From the IMG/VR virus record IMGVR_UViG_3300025860_000008: DNA of 20,000 nt; one strand, 5' to 3'. Of the stretch, positions 15,507-20,000 are shown piece by piece. The notes under the pieces are model-generated. The model was not told the DNA's origin. It did no database searches and saw nothing but the letters and a program-made list of their open reading frames with translations. Positions within the stretch are counted from its first letter, which is position 1; each line of letters opens with the position of its first letter. This DNA comes from an uncultured virus (IMG/VR IMGVR_UViG_3300025860_000008) (Duplodnaviria; Heunggongvirae; Uroviricota; Caudoviricetes). Both the position numbers and the translations under genes were made by a program.

Positions 15507-15998
15507 TTATTTAATTGTTTTATTATACATATCGCAAAACACATCAAGTGGCACTCTATGTCCCATTGTTTTAACGCGATGAATTTGAGATTGCATATAC
15601 TTACCGGCAACATGGTCTTTAAGGTAATCTAACGTTTTACTACCATCAATAACGGTGTCTTTTTCACCCAACACCAAATGAAAGTTATCAGGAACATGCT
15701 CTTTTACAAATTTAGGGAAATTAGGCTCAATTCTTCTAGAATGCAAAGCAGGATTAAAAGCAACAACTGGAATTTTATAAAGCGCTCCTAAAACGAATGC
15801 AGAATAACCACCCATTGATGAACCTATAATTACATCAGGTTTAAACTCCTCAACTGTGCTAATAAGGAATGGAAATATATCACTCCTTGTATAATCTAAC
15901 TCAGGTGCATGAACAAATGCTTTAGTTGCTAAGAAATCAACCTTATCACCACCCTGTGGACTTTCTAAACCATGTAAATATAATATTTTTTGTTTCAT
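15507..15998 (-). CDS. Alpha/beta hydrolase, YqiA/YcfP (UPF0227)-like esterase
   Basis: ILYLHG; nucleophile elbow GSSMGG; NPAL; catalytic D (EKDTVID) and H (MGHR); start re-called at MKQKIL. Confidence 0.88.
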   Translation of the reverse strand: MKQKILYLHGLESPQGGDKVDFLATKAFVHAPELDYTRSDIFPFLISTVEEFKPDVIIGSSMGGYSAFVLGALYKIPVVAFNPALHSRRIEPNFPKFVKEHVPDNFHLVLGEKDTVIDGSKTLDYLKDHVAGKYMQSQIHRVKTMGHRVPLDVFCDMYNKTIK

Positions 15999-16005
15999 AA
16001 CTGTA

Positions 16006-16082
16006 TTGGGCGTGCGCCTCATTTATACCATAAATATACGAATAATTTCTTGCTTCTCCACATATTTTTGCAGAAGTCTTAA
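16006..16082 (-). repeat. Long promoter repeat copy 8
   Basis: TTAAGACTTCTGCAAAAATATGTGGAGAAGCAAGAAATTATTCGTATATTTATGGTATAAATGAGGCGCACGCCCAA. Confidence 0.9.
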
Positions 16083-17215
16083 ATATAAAGCGGCATCCGT
16101 GCTTGGTTATGTAACCATGCTATTTCAGCCATATCATCATCAAATTCAAACCCCCAAACTCTAAACATTGACATTTGTCCTCTCCATTTCTGAGTATTGG
16201 TAAACCTCATCCCAATAGTAAAATTATCCCCAAGTGTAGTCATTGCTGTAGAACAAGTTCCACTGGCAACTGGACCAGCAGTGTACCCATTCCCACTACC
16301 ATAATATAATTTACTAGTATTGGTTGAAGAATTCCCAGTCATAACACCATGATGTCTAATACTACTATCACTTCCATTATATTGAAGTCTTGCCGACCAA
16401 TTCCACCTAAACCCTTGATAGCCCATATAATTCCAAGTTCCACCATCATTCCTACCATCACACAAATATTGATCATCAGTAACATTATTAGTGTTTCCTA
16501 TATACTCATAAGTAAGTTGCCCGGTAATTGCTGGATCTGAAGTATTTGTAATTCCAGCAGCATTATTAAAATTAAATGTAGCATCCCAAGGCCATGAAGT
16601 GTAAGCAGCAGTTTCAGAGGGTGCAGTACCACTAATTGTATTTGCTGATTGATTATGACTATCTACATAAGACGTTAATGTGGTCCCATCCCAACACTCA
16701 TCCATGTGAAACTCATAATTATGTACAGGTCGTAAATCAATACTTTCAGTACCTGGTCCTTTTATTGGAGGCCAACCACCTTCAGTCCAAAACCAACCAC
16801 CTACTCTATAAAGCTGTAGTACAATAGTATTCCAATCTGTAGTTGAATCTGGTGTGTTACCTAATGTAGTAAAATATGGAAGCGAGAGTAACCAATCTAC
16901 ATCTAAATGATCACCTTCCCAAAAATTTATTATATTTTCAGGATTTTCTCTTGATAAAATATCATGACAACAAAACACCATTTGTGGATCTCCATCTGGG
17001 CTTGTATTTGCTCCAGCACCTAACCCACCTTGATGACTAACCCAAGTCCAATTATTTGGATTAGCAACATCATTAATATCAACACGAGGTGTTTGTGTAT
17101 ACAAACGCAAGCCTGAAAATTGATTTCCATTATGAACCGACATAGGTCTAAAGCCTTCTGCTACTTGAAAAACACTTGCTACACCATGTGACTTCCAATC
17201 ATTCCATTTTCTCAT
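16079..17215 (-). CDS. LamG/concanavalin-A-like domain protein, probable virion/tail adhesin
   Basis: C-terminal QYLCDGR...RHHGVMT...KLYYG...FTIGMRF...WRGQMSMFRVW pattern; T/G/N/W-rich. Confidence 0.7.
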   Translation of the reverse strand: MRKWNDWKSHGVASVFQVAEGFRPMSVHNGNQFSGLRLYTQTPRVDINDVANPNNWTWVSHQGGLGAGANTSPDGDPQMVFCCHDILSRENPENIINFWEGDHLDVDWLLSLPYFTTLGNTPDSTTDWNTIVLQLYRVGGWFWTEGGWPPIKGPGTESIDLRPVHNYEFHMDECWDGTTLTSYVDSHNQSANTISGTAPSETAAYTSWPWDATFNFNNAAGITNTSDPAITGQLTYEYIGNTNNVTDDQYLCDGRNDGGTWNYMGYQGFRWNWSARLQYNGSDSSIRHHGVMTGNSSTNTSKLYYGSGNGYTAGPVASGTCSTAMTTLGDNFTIGMRFTNTQKWRGQMSMFRVWGFEFDDDMAEIAWLHNQARMPLYI

Positions 17216-17245
17216 TTTTGATTATAAATATTGAGCCTACAACTC

Positions 17246-17452
17246 TTATTCCCAGTCTTCCTCAAGGCGAGGACGAGCTTTCGTAGGCCTCTTCTTTTTA
17301 TGCGCTTCTTTTGGCGCAACCAAAACCTCACCACAATTATCGCATGTGTATAAGTCGGTTATCATGTTTATACTAAAATCATTTCCCCCACACTTCAAAC
17401 AGGGGTGGAATGGATCTTCTTCAATCCAATCGCCATAATTAACTTTTGACAT
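17246..17452 (-). CDS. Zn-ribbon protein, 68 aa
   Basis: CLKC...CDNC cysteine pairs; basic tail. Confidence 0.75.
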   Translation of the reverse strand: MSKVNYGDWIEEDPFHPCLKCGGNDFSINMITDLYTCDNCGEVLVAPKEAHKKKRPTKARPRLEEDWE

Positions 17453-17666
17453 TTTCTTCTAGAATTTCTGCTTCTTCAATGGTTTCACACATTAGGAAAT
17501 GGGTTTGAGATCTAAGAACGTGATCGCACCCAAGGTAATCTCTATAGTCTTGTAAGAGTTGCATGTTTAATTTATTTTGACCTTTAACTTCAAATACGTG
17601 GGTTGGTACCTCACGCTTTACAATGTAAGCATTGTCATTTACATATTTTAAGTAATCGGTTATCAT
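17439..17666 (-). CDS. Hypothetical protein, 75 aa
   Basis: ORF track; short overlap with the downstream gene. Confidence 0.7.
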   Translation of the reverse strand: MITDYLKYVNDNAYIVKREVPTHVFEVKGQNKLNMQLLQDYRDYLGCDHVLRSQTHFLMCETIEEAEILEENVKS

Positions 17667-17709
17667 CGTATATACGTATTAACTGGATATTATTTGTATA
17701 AAAAGCTTT

Positions 17710-17841
17710 TTAGCTTCTTTTTCCACGTTTTGTTTTATATTCATTTATTGTTGCTTTGCCTTCTTTTTTATTTTTTTCTGCTACAATTTGTCTATAGATT
17801 GGACTATTCCATTCACAACCTCTATATTCTCGCTTTTTCAT
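17710..17841 (-). CDS. Putative small basic protein, 43 aa (MKKREYRGCEWNSPIYRQIVAEKNKKEGKATINEYKTKRGKRS)
   Basis: Hand-translated; fills the gap; overlaps the upstream gene end by 20 nt. Confidence 0.5.
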   Translation of the reverse strand: MKKREYRGCEWNSPIYRQIVAEKNKKEGKATINEYKTKRGKRS

Positions 17842-18004
17842 ATGCTTCTTCTAATGTTATTCCTTCACTTTCGGGCCTAAACCCAACCATAAATCCTTTT
17901 TCATCAACATCTAATTCATCTAGTTTACCATCAAACCAACAATCATCATGGTAGTGAGCCCACCATCCATTTTCTAGTAAATATTTTCTTTTATTTACTT
18001 CCAT
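17822..18004 (-). CDS. Hypothetical protein (MEVNKRKYLLENGWW...)
   Basis: Start re-called at the second Met to minimise overlap. Confidence 0.65.
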   Translation of the reverse strand: MEVNKRKYLLENGWWAHYHDDCWFDGKLDELDVDEKGFMVGFRPESEGITLEEAYEKARI

Positions 18005-18345
18005 AATACTTGGATACAAATTAAAATTAATGATAGACATAAACTAACAATTGTTTTAGGATTTAAAGTTTCACCGAAAAAATAATTAACACCAACAGCA
18101 TAAATTATCATCCCAACCCCAAATCCTACAAACCTAGCAGGCCATAATAAACCTTCAAATCCACTAACAGTATATTTAGTTCCCCAAATATAGAAAAATG
18201 ATAGAATTATACCCGCTGCTGCTACTAACAGTTCATTCTTTCTAAACCAATCTGTTTTAAAAAATTGTCCGTTTAATTGGAAGAATGTTAGCACATGAGC
18301 TATACTAAACATGAATATTCCAATTAGCATATCCTTATACAACAT
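17995..18345 (-). CDS. 4-TM membrane protein, SMR/DMT-like
   Basis: Four hydrophobic helices in 116 aa; FFGETL before the last helix, as in DMT-superfamily proteins. Confidence 0.7.
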   Translation of the reverse strand: MLYKDMLIGIFMFSIAHVLTFFQLNGQFFKTDWFRKNELLVAAAGIILSFFYIWGTKYTVSGFEGLLWPARFVGFGVGMIIYAVGVNYFFGETLNPKTIVSLCLSLILICIQVLWK

Positions 18346-18349
18346 AACT

Positions 18350-18484
18350 TTAAATTTTATTAAATTGAATTCTATGAATTAATTCTTCTAAATGTTGCAT
18401 TGCTTCGCTATTGTTACGATCTTCTACTAATTGAAGTATTAAATTTAATTTTCGATATAGATTTTCCTTTTCTAGTTTATCCAT
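18350..18484 (-). CDS. Small hypothetical protein, 44 aa (MDKLEKENLYRKLNLILQLVEDRNN...FNKI)
   Basis: Hand-translated; fills the gap. Confidence 0.65.
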   Translation of the reverse strand: MDKLEKENLYRKLNLILQLVEDRNNSEAMQHLEELIHRIQFNKI

Positions 18485-18489
18485 TTTGT

Positions 18490-18708
18490 TTATTTTAGTG
18501 TTACATTAAAGTAATCTGTTAAAAAGTCACTTGGGTAAGTATAAACCTCACCAGTATAATAACTTTCTTCCAGTTGTCTAGTACCATGTTTAATGCCTGC
18601 TTTAGCAGCGGCATAAGCTACTTTTGTACCTAATTCGCCACCAGCAGCTCTACCTAAATGGTCGAATAGTGAAATATATTCACCTGTGTATTGTTTTGTA
18701 TTTGCCAT
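18490..18708 (-). CDS. Hypothetical protein, 72 aa
   Basis: ORF track; tight packing. Confidence 0.75.
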   Translation of the reverse strand: MANTKQYTGEYISLFDHLGRAAGGELGTKVAYAAAKAGIKHGTRQLEESYYTGEVYTYPSDFLTDYFNVTLK

Positions 18709-18709
18709 A

Positions 18710-19087
18710 TTATGAGTTATAAATTTCTTTTTCTAATTCATCTAAATCCACCTCGTAGATATCATCTTCTTCTACCTCCATTTGGTTTAAACGATCTGTT
18801 TCTAAATCATCTCTCCAAGCAATTTCTGGAAGTAAACCTGCGTTTTCAATTAATGACCAAATTCTTTCTTTCCATAAATTCATATGAACTCCTTCAATGG
18901 TACTTTCATAACCAAATTGCCTAGTAAATTCACCTAAAATATCAACAAACTCACTTGCTAATTCATTTAACTCACCATCAACTGGGAAATTATCACCAAA
19001 CTTATCAGAACCATTAGTTCCAGTTTCATACATTTCTTTAACTACTAACCACTTGGGGGTTAAAAAACTTTTTTCAATTTTTGCCAT
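18710..19087 (-). CDS. Acidic hypothetical protein, 125 aa
   Basis: ORF track; ATAAAAGTTATG start. Confidence 0.75.
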   Translation of the reverse strand: MAKIEKSFLTPKWLVVKEMYETGTNGSDKFGDNFPVDGELNELASEFVDILGEFTRQFGYESTIEGVHMNLWKERIWSLIENAGLLPEIAWRDDLETDRLNQMEVEEDDIYEVDLDELEKEIYNS

Positions 19088-19106
19088 AACTTTTATTTTT
19101 AATTAA

Positions 19107-19337
19107 TTAATCTTCTATATCTACTGTAATAAACTCTTTAGTAGTGTCTATTTTATCTAAATGGTATTTAACATTATCCATAATCTCCCTCATATCATTT
19201 ACCATACTCTCTAAATCTGAATTTCTTACACAATTTTTGATTTCATAAATGTAATCATTCACCGTGCTTAATTCATAGGTAACATCTTTTAATTCTGGGA
19301 CGCAATCCCAACCATCATGTATTGTTTTAATTTTCAT
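19107..19337 (-). CDS. Hypothetical protein, 76 aa
   Basis: ORF track. Confidence 0.7.
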   Translation of the reverse strand: MKIKTIHDGWDCVPELKDVTYELSTVNDYIYEIKNCVRNSDLESMVNDMREIMDNVKYHLDKIDTTKEFITVDIED

Positions 19338-19340
19338 ACC

Positions 19341-19526
19341 TTATGATTTTTTAATACACATTAAACATATCCCACCAAGCATAAAGGACATAACACAAAA
19401 TGCCATTTCATTATCAATACCCTCAAAAGGGATATAATTCTGAACGGCACCATGCATTGTTCCTATACTAAGCATAAATGCACTTACTGCTCCTACTAAA
19501 TACTTAAAATCAATTTTCTTCAACAT
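19341..19526 (-). CDS. Small 2-TM membrane protein (MLKKIDFKYLVG...)
   Basis: Start re-called at ATAAAAGTTATG; two hydrophobic segments. Confidence 0.7.
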   Translation of the reverse strand: MLKKIDFKYLVGAVSAFMLSIGTMHGAVQNYIPFEGIDNEMAFCVMSFMLGGICLMCIKKS

Positions 19527-19547
19527 AACTTTTATTTTTATTAATAA

Positions 19548-19617
19548 TTGGGTTTGCACCCGTTTTACCCTGTAAATATACGAAGGCTTCCTTGCTTCTC
19601 CAAATTTTTATGCGCGA
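19548..19617 (-). repeat. Long promoter repeat copy 9
   Basis: CGCGCATAAAAATTTGGAGAAGCAAGGAAGCCTTCGTATATTTACAGGGTAAAACGGGTGCAAACCCAA. Confidence 0.9.
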
Positions 19618-19790
19618 GAATAAGGACCATTATATTGATACATAATTCCTAATGTAGGGTGAGTGATGTTATTACCATGTTCTAATTGGTCTGATAGCAC
19701 CTTAGACATTGCTAATGCTTTTAATGCAGTAACAAATACAGTACCATTAATAACTTTTGAATTTGACGGATTTAAATTTACTTTTTTCAT
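19608..19790 (-). CDS. Hypothetical protein, 60 aa
   Basis: ORF track; bracketed by repeats 9 and 10; ATAAAGGTTATATG start. Confidence 0.7.
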   Translation of the reverse strand: MKKVNLNPSNSKVINGTVFVTALKALAMSKVLSDQLEHGNNITHPTLGIMYQYNGPYSRA

Positions 19791-19817
19791 ATAACCTTTA
19801 TTTTTATTTGTGTTCTA

Positions 19818-19885
19818 TTGGCTTCATGCCTCATTTACCCCGTAAATATACGAAGGCTTCCTTGCTTCTCCAAATTTTACGCGAA
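19818..19885 (-). repeat. Long promoter repeat copy 10
   Basis: TTCGCGTAAAATTTGGAGAAGCAAGGAAGCCTTCGTATATTTACGGGGTAAATGAGGCATGAAGCCAA. Confidence 0.9.
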
Positions 19886-20000
19886 TATCTTCCAATTACT
19901 TTCTTCTTGAGTTGCTGCTATTTCATAAGGATGGTTATTATAATCATAACCCATATTGTAATATCTTTTCATCCATGATGGAGACTGTAAATAGTGTTGG
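19877..20000 (-). CDS. 3' end of a CDS (...QHYLQSPSWMKRYYNMGYDYNNHPYEIAATQEESNWKIFA), possibly a zincin-like metalloprotein
   Basis: Hand-translated. HYLQ...P.E..A fits the tail of an HExxH protein, but the HE part lies outside the window. Confidence 0.55.
   Translation of the reverse strand, partial: QHYLQSPSWMKRYYNMGYDYNNHPYEIAATQEESNWKIFA

Noticed and set aside
1114..17230. TATAAATA on the + strand (1114, 4734, 17223) as T4 late promoters
   Set aside because: Wrong orientation for the genes; better read as the complementary RTATTTAT motif on the - strand.
10584..19559. ORF-track N-terminal extensions (starts at 10625, 13847, 15613, 16022, 19559)
   Set aside because: These starts lie inside the promoter repeat or the neighbouring gene; downstream ATGs have the typical context.
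5981..19885. Repeats as a CRISPR array or integron attC sites
   Set aside because: Spacing is irregular (0.3-3.5 kb) and contains whole genes; copies are degenerate; no cas or integrase gene in the window; no RYYYAAC/GTTRRRY core ends.
297..19978. All + strand ORFs in the track (e.g. 297-479, 1580-1846, 5088-5291, 6548-6763, 17694-17954, 19757-19978)
   Set aside because: Mostly antisense shadows of well-supported - strand genes or of regulatory DNA; low-complexity F/I/L/S composition; no motifs or start contexts.

Overview
AT-rich, gene-dense segment of a large tailed dsDNA phage, most likely infecting Bacteroidota/Flavobacteriia. The host call rests on a type-B T9SS sorting domain, TTGG...TATATTTA promoters resembling the Bacteroidota -33/-7 type, and A-rich start contexts without Shine-Dalgarno sites. 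All credible genes are on the - strand. Recognisable products are a UvsE UV endonuclease, an ATP-dependent DNA ligase, a RadA-like RecA-fold ATPase, a DUF932-like protein, an HldE/RfaE-II-like nucleotidyltransferase, a GT2 glycosyltransferase, a YqiA-like esterase, a LamG-like protein, a lipoprotein and tRNA-Leu(UAA) and tRNA-Arg(UCU), plus many small hypotheticals. Four things stand out. (1) A tRNA-Ile(UAU)-like gene with rearranged architecture: no D-arm, and a D-loop-like hairpin 3' of the anticodon arm. (2) Ten copies of a ~65-75 bp intergenic element (promoter, covarying ATTTAY-N3-RTAAAT palindrome, covarying GNRA-type hairpin) that divide the region into cassette-like units. (3) A phage-encoded T9SS cargo protein. 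(4) A non-coding, palindrome-rich segment at ~6.85-7.1 kb with eight GTAC sites. All protein calls come from motif recognition by eye, not from database searches.
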